Assembly: GCA_963662465.1 (NCBI GenBank)
Contig: OY759599.1
Location: forward strand, 6,816,001 to 6,880,000
DNA: 64,000 nt
Source of the DNA: Desulfatiglandales bacterium
GTDB lineage: Bacteria; Desulfobacterota; DSM-4660; Desulfatiglandales; Desulfatiglandaceae
Direction: 5' to 3'
Under the pieces are notes generated by a model. It ran no database searches and was not told the origin of the DNA. It saw only the letters and a list, made by a program, of their open reading frames with translations. Both the position numbers and the translations under genes were made by a program. Shown piece by piece: positions 38,910 to 49,183 of the stretch (position 1 is the stretch's first letter; the number at the start of each line of letters is the position of its first letter).

Positions 38910-39713
38910 TTAGAAGAGTTCTCCCGCCATCAGTTTTGTCCTCAGAATTTCCTTGAGGTCGAGCCCTTTCATCTGTAACCCCTTACGTCCGTATTTCATG
39001 TTGGCTTCAATCACCAGCCATTGATCTTCATGCCGGATGAGGTCAATTCCCACATCGTTGAATCTGCATTTGCGGGCGGCGTCCCGTGCCGCTTCAATGC
39101 CCGATATGGGAATGTCGTCAAAGCTGATGCTGCCCCCCTGGCTCAAGTTGGTCCTGAAATTGTCCGGGGACCTGATTCGCCAGTAAGCTACCGCCGGTTG
39201 ATCATTAATCAAGACGACTCTCAGGTCCCGGTCGTGGTGAATGAATTCCTGGATGTAGGCGATTTTCGTGAGTGCCAGATAGGCCGCCAGTTGTTGTCCG
39301 TTTTCGATCCTGTAAACCCCTCTGCCCCGGGCCGAAGACCTGGGCAGTTTCGCGATAAACGGGTACGTAAAATGGTTCAGGATGTTTTTGTGGTGAAGGC
39401 GATAAAAAATCCGGGTCCGGGGGTGGGGAATTTCCAGCATGAAAAACAGGGTGGTCTGTTTTATTTTTTCGTCCGCATAAAGGTAGGTTTCCAGGCTCGG
39501 GAAGATTTTTTTTCCCATGGTGGTTAGGAACTGAGCATAATTGAGGGTGGGGTAGAGAACGAGGGCGGCGTTCCTGATGAAGTCTCTTTCCTCGGGTGTG
39601 TAGTCCTGGAAGTTGGGTTTGACCCCAAGGGTCCATACTTCGGGGACGCCCTGAAGTCGGCTGCCGAGGGCCGGGTAGATGGCTTGCGCTTTTCTCACGG
39701 GTTCGATACCCAT
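38910..39713 (-). CDS. RimK-family ATP-grasp ligase
   Basis: GRGVY, YIQEFI, DLRV, FRTNLSQGG, IEAN. Confidence 0.85.
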   Translation of the reverse strand: MGIEPVRKAQAIYPALGSRLQGVPEVWTLGVKPNFQDYTPEERDFIRNAALVLYPTLNYAQFLTTMGKKIFPSLETYLYADEKIKQTTLFFMLEIPHPRTRIFYRLHHKNILNHFTYPFIAKLPRSSARGRGVYRIENGQQLAAYLALTKIAYIQEFIHHDRDLRVVLINDQPAVAYWRIRSPDNFRTNLSQGGSISFDDIPISGIEAARDAARKCRFNDVGIDLIRHEDQWLVIEANMKYGRKGLQMKGLDLKEILRTKLMAGELF

Positions 39714-41014
39714 TTTTTGACGTCCAGGGATTTTTCAACGGCCTTCGCCATCACTTCTTTCAGGTCCAGGGTCAGCAATTGACGATTCTCCATGACCAGT
39801 CTGCCGTTAATGATGCTATGGCTCACGTCCTGCCCCCTGGCCGCATAGACCAGATGGGAAAAGGGATTGTACATGGGGGTCAGGTGGGGTTTGTGGGTAT
39901 CGATGACAATGATGTCAGCCTTTTTTCCCGTTTCAAGAGAACCGGTTTCATGGGAAAGGCCCAAGGCTTTCGCCCCTTCAATGGTGGCCATTTTCAACAC
40001 GGTCAGGGCATCCATGACCGTCGGGTCCATGGCCTGGACCTTGTGAAGTTTGGCCGCCATGTCCATTTCCGTAAAGAGGTCCATGTTGTTGTTGGAAGCG
40101 CTGCCGTCGGTTCCGATGCCGACCTTTATTCCCTGAGCGATCATCCGGGGTATCGGCGCAATGCCGGAACCCAGTTTCATGTTGCTTTCCGGGTTGTGAA
40201 TCACGCTGATCCCGTGTTCGGCCATTTTGTCGATCTCCGATAGATTCAAATGGACGGCGTGATCCGCGATCAGGTGCGGTCCCAGAATGCCGAGGGCGTC
40301 AAGATGTTCCAGGGGCGTTTTGCCGTATCTTTTTTTGATATCCGCCAGTTCCGCCAGGGTTTCGGCAAAATGGATAATCATGGGCCTCTTGTGCGTCAAG
40401 GCCATCTGGTTGGCTCTCTGGAGCAGTTCGGGATTGCAGGTAAATAGCGCGTGGGGTTCCACGGCAATGGAAACCAGGGGGTTGTCTTTCCATTTTTCAA
40501 TGAGCCACTCCGTGTAGGCAAAACCGCTCTCCAGATCCCCATAATTGGGGGAGGGGAAGTCGTAGAGCACTTCGCCCACGAGGCAGCGTAGGCCCGATTG
40601 AAAAGCCGCCTGAGCTACCTGGTCCTCAAATAGGTACATGTCGCAGAAAGTGGTGGCGCCCGACAGGATCATCTCCGCACAGGCCAGCTGCGTCCCGGTG
40701 TAGATGAAATCGGCATCCATGTTTTTTTCCACCGGGAAGATATAATGGTTCAGCCATTCCATGAGGGGCAGGTCGTCCGCCAGACCTTTGAAAAGACTCA
40801 TGGCCGCATGGGTATGACCGTTGATCAGCCCCGGAAGTATCAGGCCGCCCTTGGCGTCGATTGTTTTTAAGGCTTTATACGCCTCGGGAATTTGATCCCC
40901 CAAATAGCTGATGGCGTCTCCCGACACGCACACCATGCCATTTTCAATGACCCTGTTTTCAGCATCCATGGTCAAAATCGTTCCGTTTTGAATGATGATA
41001 TCAAATGACTTCAT
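39695..41014 (-). CDS. mtaD: Amidohydrolase, MTA/SAH deaminase-like
   Basis: PGLINGHTH, IHFAET, HNPESNMKL, GTDGSASNN. Confidence 0.75.
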   Translation of the reverse strand: MKSFDIIIQNGTILTMDAENRVIENGMVCVSGDAISYLGDQIPEAYKALKTIDAKGGLILPGLINGHTHAAMSLFKGLADDLPLMEWLNHYIFPVEKNMDADFIYTGTQLACAEMILSGATTFCDMYLFEDQVAQAAFQSGLRCLVGEVLYDFPSPNYGDLESGFAYTEWLIEKWKDNPLVSIAVEPHALFTCNPELLQRANQMALTHKRPMIIHFAETLAELADIKKRYGKTPLEHLDALGILGPHLIADHAVHLNLSEIDKMAEHGISVIHNPESNMKLGSGIAPIPRMIAQGIKVGIGTDGSASNNNMDLFTEMDMAAKLHKVQAMDPTVMDALTVLKMATIEGAKALGLSHETGSLETGKKADIIVIDTHKPHLTPMYNPFSHLVYAARGQDVSHSIINGRLVMENRQLLTLDLKEVMAKAVEKSLDVKKWVSNP

Positions 41015-41050
41015 GTGAACCTCTGTTTTTCAAAAAGCGAATGTCAAATT

Positions 41051-43300
41051 CTAAGCTAAATTATGGACTGTGTTCAGCGCCGACCCGGCCTTAAACCATT
41101 TTATTTGTTCCTTTGTCAGGGTGTGGTTCAGGGCCATTTCAAAACTGGGTCTATCCTTCGGTTTAATGATTGCCCGAATTGGTTCATGGGGTTTCAGGGT
41201 TTTCAGGTCAACCAGACTTATCCGGTCATGCTCACTGATGGTGTCGTAATCCGAAGGATTTGAGAACGTCAGGGGCAAAATACCCTGTTTTTTGAGGTTG
41301 GCTTCATGGATTCTGGCAAAGGATCGGGTGATGACGGCTTTTGCGCCCAGATATCGGGGGGTCATGGCCGCATGTTCCCGGCTGGACCCTTCACCGTAAT
41401 TTTCATCGCCCACAATGATAAATCCGCCGCGGTTTTTTTGATAGATGCCGGCAAGGTCCGAGAACCTCACCCCTTTTTCTCCGGTGAAAAGGTTTGTGCC
41501 GTGGCCGGTTTCACCGGTAAAGGCATTTAAGGCGCCCGCCAGCAGGTTTTGTGAAATGCGGGTCAGATGCCCCCGGTATTTCAGCCAGTCTCCGCCCGGG
41601 GAGATGTGATCCGTGGTGGTTTTGCCGCGGGTTTTGGCGAGAACCGGCAGGTTTAAAAAATCTTTTCCGTCCCACGGCGCAAAGGGCTTGAGGAGTTCCA
41701 GCCGATCTGAATGAGGATCAATTTTTATGACCACAGTCTCTGCTTCTTCCTCGGAGGCCATGTAGGCTGAGGTGAAGCGCGTAAGACCTTTTTCCGGAAG
41801 CGGGGGCGGATTGGGGGGGGCAAGCTGAAAGGGTTTCCCGTCAGCCCCCACCAGGGTATCGGTCTCGGGATTGAATCCGGCATCTCCTGAAAGGGCAAGG
41901 CACGCCGCCATCTGGGGGGAGGTCAGAAAGGCCAGGGTTTCCGGATTGGCGTCGTTTCGCGCCTTGAAATTTCGGTTAAAGGTCGTAAAAATGATGTTTT
42001 TCAGACCTTTTTGAATGTCTTTCCGGTCCCATTGGCCGATGCAGGGGCCGCAGGAGGCGGCAAGAATGACGGCGCCGGCATCCACCAGTTTTTGAAGAAT
42101 GCCGTCTCGTTTGATGGTTTCATAAATTTGCTCGGAGCCCGGCGACAGCATGAAAGGGACTTTGGCTTTGCATCCGTGCCGTCCCCCTTGTTCAAGGATC
42201 TCAGCTGCGGCATACAGATCCGAATAGGAGGAATTGGTGCAGGACCCGATGAGTACGGCGGATACCTTGTCGGGCCACTTCTCCGATACCGCCAGTTGTT
42301 TGAAATCCTCAACCCGTGTGATCCGATCCGGGCTGAAGGGACCCGCATGGGCGGGTTTTACGGCGCCGAGATCCAGTTCCAGGTACTGGTTGTAGACGCG
42401 CTCCGGATCGGTGGCGCAGATTTCGTCTTGGCGCAATATCTCCGATAGCGCGGCGGCTGCGTCGGCATCTGCCTTGCGGTCGGTGTTTTTCAGATAGGCA
42501 TCCATGCTTTCGTCATAAACAAACACGGAACTGGTGGCGCCCAACTCGGCTCCCATATTGGTGATGGTCGCTTTTTGAGCGGCGGAAAGGGCCTTGGCGC
42601 CCTCGCCAAAATACTCAAAGATTTTTCCGGTCCCCCCCTTGACGCCGAATCGATTCAGCATTTCCAGGATAACGTCTTTGGCCGATGCCCATCCGGTAAG
42701 TTTTCCCTTCAGCCTGACTCCCACAAGATGAGGAAACGTGGTTTCCCAGGGAAGTCCCGCCATGACCTCCGCTGCGTCGGCGCCGCCCACCCCGATGGCG
42801 ATCATGCCAAGTCCCCCCGCATTGGGGGTGTGGGAATCGGTTCCGATCATGAGACCCCCTGGAAAAGCATAATTTTCCAACAGTACCTGGTGAATAATGC
42901 CTGAACCGGGACCCCAGAATCCGATGCCGTATTTCATGGCCGCCGAAGAGAGAAACGCATATACCTCCTCATTGGCGGTCAGGGCTTTTGCTAGATCCAC
43001 TTCGGCGCCTATCCCGGCCCGGATGAGATGATCGCAGTGGATGGTGGCGGCAACATGGGTTTTTTTCTGCCCGGTCTGCATGAATTGAAGCATGGCCATC
43101 TGGGCCGTGGCGTCCTGCATGGCCACACGATCGGGATAGAGGAATATCTGATCGACGCCGGCCTTCGGCTTTTTGGATGAATTTTGGTGTGCCTCATGAA
43201 GAAAGAGGATCTTTTCAGTATAGGAAAGGCCCCGTTCCAGTTCACGGCGTTTCCTGGTGATAATATCCCGGATTTTATCCCGGTCAAAGGGATGATGCAT
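41051..43300 (-). CDS. Aconitate hydratase (mitochondrial-type)
   Basis: DRVAMQDATAQMA, HCDH, DSHT, GSCTNSS, CGPCIG, GSSREHA. Confidence 0.93.
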   Translation of the reverse strand: MHHPFDRDKIRDIITRKRRELERGLSYTEKILFLHEAHQNSSKKPKAGVDQIFLYPDRVAMQDATAQMAMLQFMQTGQKKTHVAATIHCDHLIRAGIGAEVDLAKALTANEEVYAFLSSAAMKYGIGFWGPGSGIIHQVLLENYAFPGGLMIGTDSHTPNAGGLGMIAIGVGGADAAEVMAGLPWETTFPHLVGVRLKGKLTGWASAKDVILEMLNRFGVKGGTGKIFEYFGEGAKALSAAQKATITNMGAELGATSSVFVYDESMDAYLKNTDRKADADAAAALSEILRQDEICATDPERVYNQYLELDLGAVKPAHAGPFSPDRITRVEDFKQLAVSEKWPDKVSAVLIGSCTNSSYSDLYAAAEILEQGGRHGCKAKVPFMLSPGSEQIYETIKRDGILQKLVDAGAVILAASCGPCIGQWDRKDIQKGLKNIIFTTFNRNFKARNDANPETLAFLTSPQMAACLALSGDAGFNPETDTLVGADGKPFQLAPPNPPPLPEKGLTRFTSAYMASEEEAETVVIKIDPHSDRLELLKPFAPWDGKDFLNLPVLAKTRGKTTTDHISPGGDWLKYRGHLTRISQNLLAGALNAFTGETGHGTNLFTGEKGVRFSDLAGIYQKNRGGFIIVGDENYGEGSSREHAAMTPRYLGAKAVITRSFARIHEANLKKQGILPLTFSNPSDYDTISEHDRISLVDLKTLKPHEPIRAIIKPKDRPSFEMALNHTLTKEQIKWFKAGSALNTVHNLA

Positions 43301-43488
43301 GGTTTTGTGTCTCCTGTTTGGATCTTGTCCGATCTATCTGTTTACAATGGAACAGCATAACTGTCAACGGTTACGGAAATCATTTATCCTTGGCATAAAC
43401 CGGATGGAATTGGTAGGATAAATGCGAGTGAAAAGCAAATGGTTTCGTCACTCGTCACTTGTCACTTTTCTTCAAGGAGAAATTGAAA

Positions 43489-44757
43489 ATGCAAAATCAA
43501 AACCACCCGGATGCCGACAATACTGCAAACATCATCCAGTGGGATGCGCGGAAACGGCCTCTCGTACCCGATTTTCCCATCATCCCGTTTATTGAGGGGG
43601 ATGGCATCGGCCCTGACATCTGGGCTGCGAGCAAATTGGTTCTGGAGGCAGCGATAGAAAAGGCCTATGCCGGAAAGCGGCGGATATTCTGGCGGGAAAT
43701 TCTGGCCGGGGAAAAAGCGCAAGGGCGGTTTGGGGGGGAGAACCCGCTTCCGAAAGAGACGCTTTCCGACATATTCCGTTACGGCGTGGCCATCAAAGGT
43801 CCTCTTACCACGCCCATTGGGGGCGGATTTCGCTCTTTGAACGTCGCCCTTCGTCAGGCTCTCGACTTGTATGCCTGCGTGCGTCCGGTCTGCTATCTTG
43901 AAGGCGTTCCCGCGCCCGTGACCCATCCCGAGCGGATGGATGTGGTGATTTTCAGGGAAAACACGGAAGACGTGTATGCGGGGCTGGAGTGGCCTGCCGG
44001 ATCCCCTGAGGCGCGTGGACTGTTGACCTGGGTTAATGCCAAATCCGAGGCTGCGGGCGGCACGACCGTTTCTCTGGAGAGCGCTGTCGGCATCAAACCC
44101 ATGAGCCGTAAAAATACGGATCGTCTGGTTTCGATGGCTATTCAATATGCCTTGGACCACCACCGGAAGAGTGTGACCCTGGTGCATAAGGGGAATATCA
44201 TGAAATACACGGAAGGTGCATTCAGGGACTGGGGGTATGGGGTTGCACGGGATAAATATGGGGATGTCACCCTGACGGAAACGGAATTGAATGAGGAATT
44301 CCGGGGCAAACAGCCCGTCGGTCGGATCGTGATCAAGGACCGCATCGCCGACGCCATGTTTCAGCAGCTTCTCCTGCGCCCGGAAGAGTACGACGTGCTG
44401 GCCACCCCCAATCTGAACGGCGATTATCTCTCCGATGCGGCCGCGGCCCAGGTGGGCGGCCTGGGCATGGCCCCCGGCGCCAATATGGGGAATTGTTGCG
44501 CCTTGTTTGAGGCCACCCATGGCACGGCGCCCAAGTATGCGGGGCAGGATAAGGTCAACCCCGGCTCTCTGATCCTGTCCGGGGTTGAGATGCTTCGGTT
44601 TATGCAGTGGCATGAGGCGGCGGAAACGGTGGTTGCGGCCCTTAAAAAGACCATTCAACAGAGAACCGTCACCTATGATCTGGCCCGACAGATGAAGGGC
44701 GCAAAAGAAGTCCGGTGTTCGGAATTCGGCCTGGCCATTGTTGAGAATATGGGATGA
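43489..44757 (+). CDS. icd: NADP-dependent isocitrate dehydrogenase
   Basis: [41 protein letters not shown]. Confidence 0.95.
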   Translation: MQNQNHPDADNTANIIQWDARKRPLVPDFPIIPFIEGDGIGPDIWAASKLVLEAAIEKAYAGKRRIFWREILAGEKAQGRFGGENPLPKETLSDIFRYGVAIKGPLTTPIGGGFRSLNVALRQALDLYACVRPVCYLEGVPAPVTHPERMDVVIFRENTEDVYAGLEWPAGSPEARGLLTWVNAKSEAAGGTTVSLESAVGIKPMSRKNTDRLVSMAIQYALDHHRKSVTLVHKGNIMKYTEGAFRDWGYGVARDKYGDVTLTETELNEEFRGKQPVGRIVIKDRIADAMFQQLLLRPEEYDVLATPNLNGDYLSDAAAAQVGGLGMAPGANMGNCCALFEATHGTAPKYAGQDKVNPGSLILSGVEMLRFMQWHEAAETVVAALKKTIQQRTVTYDLARQMKGAKEVRCSEFGLAIVENMG

Positions 44758-44761
44758 AAAA

Positions 44762-46051
44762 TCATCCTCTTTCCTGAATGGGCACATAATCCCTTTTGTG
44801 AGCCCCGGTGTAGATCTGTCGCGGGCGGTAGACTTTCCATTTGGGATCATCCGCGCTCTCCTTCCACTGGGCAATCCACCCGGGCAGGCGGCCGATGGCA
44901 AACATGACCGGGAACATGTTGAGGGGAATGCCGATGGCCCGCAGGAGAATGCCGGCGTAAAAATCCACGTTGGGGTAGAGGTTGTGATCTATGAAGTAGC
45001 TGTCCTTCAACGCCACCTCCTCCAGTTTCTTGGCAATGGGCAGGAGGGGATCTTTCCTGTGGAGTTTTTCAAGCACCGTGTTGCACACTTTTTCCATGAT
45101 GCGGGCCCTGGGATCAAAGGTTTTGTAGACCCGGTGTCCGAATCCCATCAGCCGAAAGGTATCCTTTCGGTCCTTGGCCCGGGCAATGAAGGGGGCTGTA
45201 TCTCCGCCGTTGTCATATATCTGCTGCAGCATCTCGATCACCGCCTGATTGGCGCCGCCGTGAAGGGGTCCCCATAATGCCGATATGCCGGCGGAAATGG
45301 AGGCATAGAGGTTGACTCGGGCGCTCCCGACGGCCCGGACCGAGGAAGTGGAGCAGTTCTGCTCATGGTCCGCGTGCAGTATCCAGAAAACATTCAAGGC
45401 ATCCACCAGGTCCTCGTCAATGATATAGGGTTTCACCGGCGAGTCAAACATCATGTTTAGAAAATTGGCGCAGTAGGAGAGGTCGTACCTCGGGTACACC
45501 ACCGTATGGCCCAGGGAAATCCTGTAACTCATGGCCGCCAGGGTTCTGACCTTGGACAGAAGCCTGGAAAAGGTAATATTAATTGCTTCTTCCTGGCTGT
45601 GTTCTCGAAGGCTGGGGTAAAATGCTCTCAGAGCGTTGATCATGGAGGAAAGCATGCCCATGGGGTGCGATCCTCTGGGATAATTTCCAAAAAAAGCACG
45701 CATGTCTTCGTGAACCAGGCTGTGATCGTTCAATCGCACGGAAAAGTCTTGCAGTTCCTTGTGGGTGGGCAATTCTCCATTGATCAGAAGGTACGCTGTT
45801 TCCCTGAAAGAGGAATGCTCCGCCAACTGCTCCACGGGGATGCCCCGGTATCTCAATATGCCTTGCTCGCCGTCCATGAAGGTGATGCTGCTTTGACACA
45901 GGCCGGTGTTGCCGCAGCCCGGATCCAGGGTTATGAGCCCGGTTTCAGCGCGTAATTTGGAGATGTCAATCGCCTTTTCGCCTTCACTGCCGGTAACCAG
46001 GGGGATTTCATATGTTTTTCCATCAACGATTAATTGCGCGGTATTTTCCAT
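44762..46051 (-). CDS. gltA: Citrate synthase
   Basis: LHADHEQNCST, GPLHGGAN, MGFGHRVY, YPNVDFY. Confidence 0.95.
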   Translation of the reverse strand: MENTAQLIVDGKTYEIPLVTGSEGEKAIDISKLRAETGLITLDPGCGNTGLCQSSITFMDGEQGILRYRGIPVEQLAEHSSFRETAYLLINGELPTHKELQDFSVRLNDHSLVHEDMRAFFGNYPRGSHPMGMLSSMINALRAFYPSLREHSQEEAINITFSRLLSKVRTLAAMSYRISLGHTVVYPRYDLSYCANFLNMMFDSPVKPYIIDEDLVDALNVFWILHADHEQNCSTSSVRAVGSARVNLYASISAGISALWGPLHGGANQAVIEMLQQIYDNGGDTAPFIARAKDRKDTFRLMGFGHRVYKTFDPRARIMEKVCNTVLEKLHRKDPLLPIAKKLEEVALKDSYFIDHNLYPNVDFYAGILLRAIGIPLNMFPVMFAIGRLPGWIAQWKESADDPKWKVYRPRQIYTGAHKRDYVPIQERG

Positions 46052-46235
46052 GCTTTTTTCACTCCTCTGCAAAAATCTTTAACATAAGATTGCAATTGTT
46101 AAACACAAGCCGTATTCTGTAAGCGCTTAATTTTTTAAGGCGACTGCTTATTTAATGGATAACGCGGGGAGCCTGGTTTTTGCCGTTAATGGGCTGCCAA
46201 TGCTATCTTTGGATCTGTAACAGTGGAGGTGGAAA

Positions 46236-46730
46236 ATGAGAGATTTGAAAGAAATGAGTGTTAGAGATATTATGGTTGCCGAATATGTCACCGTCGGACC
46301 TGACGTCCCTGTCAGTCAGGCGGCCAGATTGATTTTCGGGGGCAAGACAAGGGATACGGGATACAAGGCGTTCGGCATCATGGTGGTGGACGAATTTTCT
46401 CGCTTGCTGGGCATGATTTCCATGGTTGATATCCTTTACCATTTGCGACCGCCTTTTATGAATTATGACCTGGGAAATGTGCAGCTTTGGGAAGGGGAGT
46501 TGGAAGTCTATCTGGACCATTTCACGGATTTGCGTGTGGAGCAGGTCATGAATGCCCCCGTCATCACCGTCACTCCCCGGGATGACCTCATGGTTGTGAT
46601 CGACAGGATGGTGAAAAGCGGGGTCAGACGCCTGCCGGTGGTGGAAAACGGTAAGATTATTGGGATTGTTTATCAGTCCGATGTTTTTCACAACCTTTGC
46701 AAGACCTGGCTGAATGGCGGAACTGATTAA
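46236..46730 (+). CDS. CBS-domain pair protein
   Basis: VRDIM...VEQVM...RRLPVV..GKIIGIV. Confidence 0.85.
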   Translation: MRDLKEMSVRDIMVAEYVTVGPDVPVSQAARLIFGGKTRDTGYKAFGIMVVDEFSRLLGMISMVDILYHLRPPFMNYDLGNVQLWEGELEVYLDHFTDLRVEQVMNAPVITVTPRDDLMVVIDRMVKSGVRRLPVVENGKIIGIVYQSDVFHNLCKTWLNGGTD

Positions 46731-46766
46731 AAACTATCCCATTTTAAAACAATTAGGGTATTTATT

Positions 46767-47357
46767 TTGAGCGATAAATTTGTATTAAAGGATGTTTACA
46801 AGCGTATCTGGGAACTGGCGCGACCGTACCTGGACACTCGAAAAAATGATATCCATACGGAGGTTTCAACCGGTTTCGCCCAGCGATTGCTGGCGCTGGA
46901 AGGCGGTGATGAGGACATTGTGATTCCGGCCATTATCCTCCATGACGTGGGATGGAAGAAAGTTCCCGAGGAGGTTCAGTTAAAGGCCTTCGGTCCCAAT
47001 ACCAGCATGCCGGAATGGAACCATGTCCACGAAGTTGAAGGGGCCAGGATTGCCGGAGAGATCCTTCGAAAAGTCAATTACGACGAGGATAAAAGCCTCG
47101 AAATTCAGGAGATCATCCAAGGGCATGATTCAAGGAAAGAACCTATTTCGCGTAATGACGGCATTGTTAAAGATGCCGATAAGTTATGGCGATATTCGAA
47201 AATTTCGATCCGCGGCGTACAAATGGGTTTCGGGCTGACGTTTAACGAATGTATCGAAAGGCTCGGTAGAAATCTTGAATCCTGGTTCCTGACGGAATCC
47301 GGAAAACGGATGGCAATGGAAGGAATCGAAGAACTCAGGAAGATCCGTGAAAAATAG
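46767..47357 (+). CDS. HD-domain protein
   Basis: IHT...ILHDVG...HE...HD...DADKL. Confidence 0.85.
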   Translation: MSDKFVLKDVYKRIWELARPYLDTRKNDIHTEVSTGFAQRLLALEGGDEDIVIPAIILHDVGWKKVPEEVQLKAFGPNTSMPEWNHVHEVEGARIAGEILRKVNYDEDKSLEIQEIIQGHDSRKEPISRNDGIVKDADKLWRYSKISIRGVQMGFGLTFNECIERLGRNLESWFLTESGKRMAMEGIEELRKIREK

Positions 47358-47373
47358 CCATTAGCGGTTGTCC

Positions 47374-47403
47374 CTGGTTTCCACGCCGGCGCGTGGGAAC
47401 CAG
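47374..47403. terminator. Palindrome between convergent genes (terminator or REP-like)
   Basis: CTGGTTTCCACGC-cggc-GCGTGGGAACCAG; a related palindrome lies at 16733-16758. Confidence 0.5.
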
Positions 47404-47430
47404 ATGAACATTGCTTAACGTCTCCAGCCT

Positions 47431-48702
47431 TTAGGCGGATGGTATGCTTCGCCTTCCGGCGGTTTTCGTTTTCTGGGGAGACATCCAGGCAAACGCTCCT
47501 TTTTTCGCTCGTCCTCTTGGTTCATGGGCGGGTTTGCTCCGTTGGGTGCGGTGAGGGCCTTTTCTTTGGAGTGTTAAAGGCGCGGCATTATAATCGAAAT
47601 CCGCCAAGGTTCGCCGTTCTATGGATGCGCCGATGGTTCTGTTGATGGCGCGCACCATGTTGTTGTCCTCTCCGGTAATTAGGGTGAAGGCTTCGCCGCT
47701 GCGCGTTGCCCGCCCGGTCCTTCCGATGCGATGAATGTATGCCTCGGGGGTGGCGGGGATATCGTAGTTGATCACATGGGAAATCTGCGTAACGTCAATG
47801 CCCCTGGCGGCGATATCCGTGGCGACCAGGATTTGGAATGTTCCGTCGCGAAAACCTTCCAGCGCGGCCTGGCGTCGTCCCTGGGAAAGATTTCCCTGCA
47901 GTGAAGTGGATCGGTATCCTGCCGTGGCCAGTTTTTGCCCCAGGCTTTTGGCGCGGTGTTTGGTGCGGGTGAAGACCAGCACCGATTCGGCGGTAGTATT
48001 CCCCAACAGCTTTAACAGCAGCGCCGTTTTTAAATGCTGGGCCACCGGATAGAGTGCATGACTGACCGTTTCAGCGGGTGCTGTGGTCCCTACCTGGACG
48101 GTGGTCGGATTTTGCAGGATATCCTTTGCCAGGCGACGTATTTCAGTGGGCATTGTCGCCGAAAAAAGCAGTGTCTGACGCTTTTTGGGAAGATGCGTCA
48201 AGATGCGCCGGATATCAGGGAAAAACCCCATGTCGAACATCTGATCGGCCTCATCGATGACCAGCACTTCCAATTGGGAAAGATTGACGGTATGGCGGCC
48301 GATGTGATCGAGAAGCCGACCGGGGCAGGCCACAATAATATCCGTGCGCTTCAGCTTCTGAATCTGGGGATTGATGCCGACGCCGCCGTATACAGAGGCG
48401 CTTCTCAGGTGGGTCTTGCGACCCAGGGTTTCGATGGCCTGATGAATCTGTTCCGCCAGTTCCCGGGTAGGGGCCACGATCAGGGCACGAACGGAACCGG
48501 TTTTTTTCTCCATCAACCGGTTCAGTATCGGCAGGACGAAGGCAGCCGTTTTGCCGGTGCCGGTTTGGGCCAGTCCCATTACATCGTGATTCTTGAGGAC
48601 CAGGGGAATGGCTTGATCCTGAATCGGGGTGGGGGTTACATATCCCGCCGCTGTGACGCCTGCCGCAACATTGGGATGAAAATTAAAACGCTTAAAATTC
48701 AA
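47431..48702 (-). CDS. rhlE: DEAD-box RNA helicase, RhlE-like
   Basis: PTPIQ, AQTGTGKT, PTRELA, DEAD, SAT, HRIGRTGR. Confidence 0.85.
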   Translation of the reverse strand: MNFKRFNFHPNVAAGVTAAGYVTPTPIQDQAIPLVLKNHDVMGLAQTGTGKTAAFVLPILNRLMEKKTGSVRALIVAPTRELAEQIHQAIETLGRKTHLRSASVYGGVGINPQIQKLKRTDIIVACPGRLLDHIGRHTVNLSQLEVLVIDEADQMFDMGFFPDIRRILTHLPKKRQTLLFSATMPTEIRRLAKDILQNPTTVQVGTTAPAETVSHALYPVAQHLKTALLLKLLGNTTAESVLVFTRTKHRAKSLGQKLATAGYRSTSLQGNLSQGRRQAALEGFRDGTFQILVATDIAARGIDVTQISHVINYDIPATPEAYIHRIGRTGRATRSGEAFTLITGEDNNMVRAINRTIGASIERRTLADFDYNAAPLTLQRKGPHRTQRSKPAHEPRGRAKKGAFAWMSPQKTKTAGRRSIPSA

Positions 48703-48728
48703 TAAACACCTTCTTTCTATGTTCCAGT

Positions 48729-48758
48729 AAAAAAAGCCCCGGAATTATTCCGGAGCTT
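48729..48758 (-). terminator. Terminator-like hairpin in the helicase leader
   Basis: Minus strand AAGCTCCGGAA-taa-TTCCGGGGC followed by a T7 run. Confidence 0.6.
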
Positions 48759-48802
48759 GTATGATTTTTAATAACAACCAGGAACACCAAATAATTCTCT
48801 AT

Positions 48803-48831
48803 ACTTTACGGATTATCAAAGTTAAAGTCAA
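48803..48831 (-). promoter_or_regulatory. Putative sigma70 promoter of the helicase gene
   Basis: TTGACT-17 bp-TAAAGT. Confidence 0.55.
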
Positions 48832-49183
48832 GTCTCCAGCAATTCTAATTAACGAGATGTGTTTGTGGGCGCCGCTTTTAGAGCCACTAGAAATCGTGGC
48901 GGAATGCAAAACAGTTTTTTTTACCCATCCAGCCAGGATGCCGATTACGCTGTGATGATGCCCATAAATATTAGGGGGCTTTGTCTGAGTCGTCAGATTC
49001 TTGATGAAGCCTTTTGACGCCCGGCATTTTCTCCGCCTCCTTGCTGATTTTGATGCCGTCGCCAGCCAATAGAAGACGTCCGTCAACTATTCCAGTAAAT
49101 GTCAAATTCTGATGAGTCGCCCGGCAAAGCCGGGGGTTTACCTAACTGAAATTAGGTTTGGCTCACCTGTCTGCTACTGGCCA

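Noticed and set aside
43446..43466. GTCACT heptamer-type repeat; likewise CTTTGCGT repeats near 34461
   Set aside because: Only about three short units; no assignable function
43462..44901. 479-aa minus-strand ORF
   Set aside because: Antisense shadow of icd with no recognisable motifs
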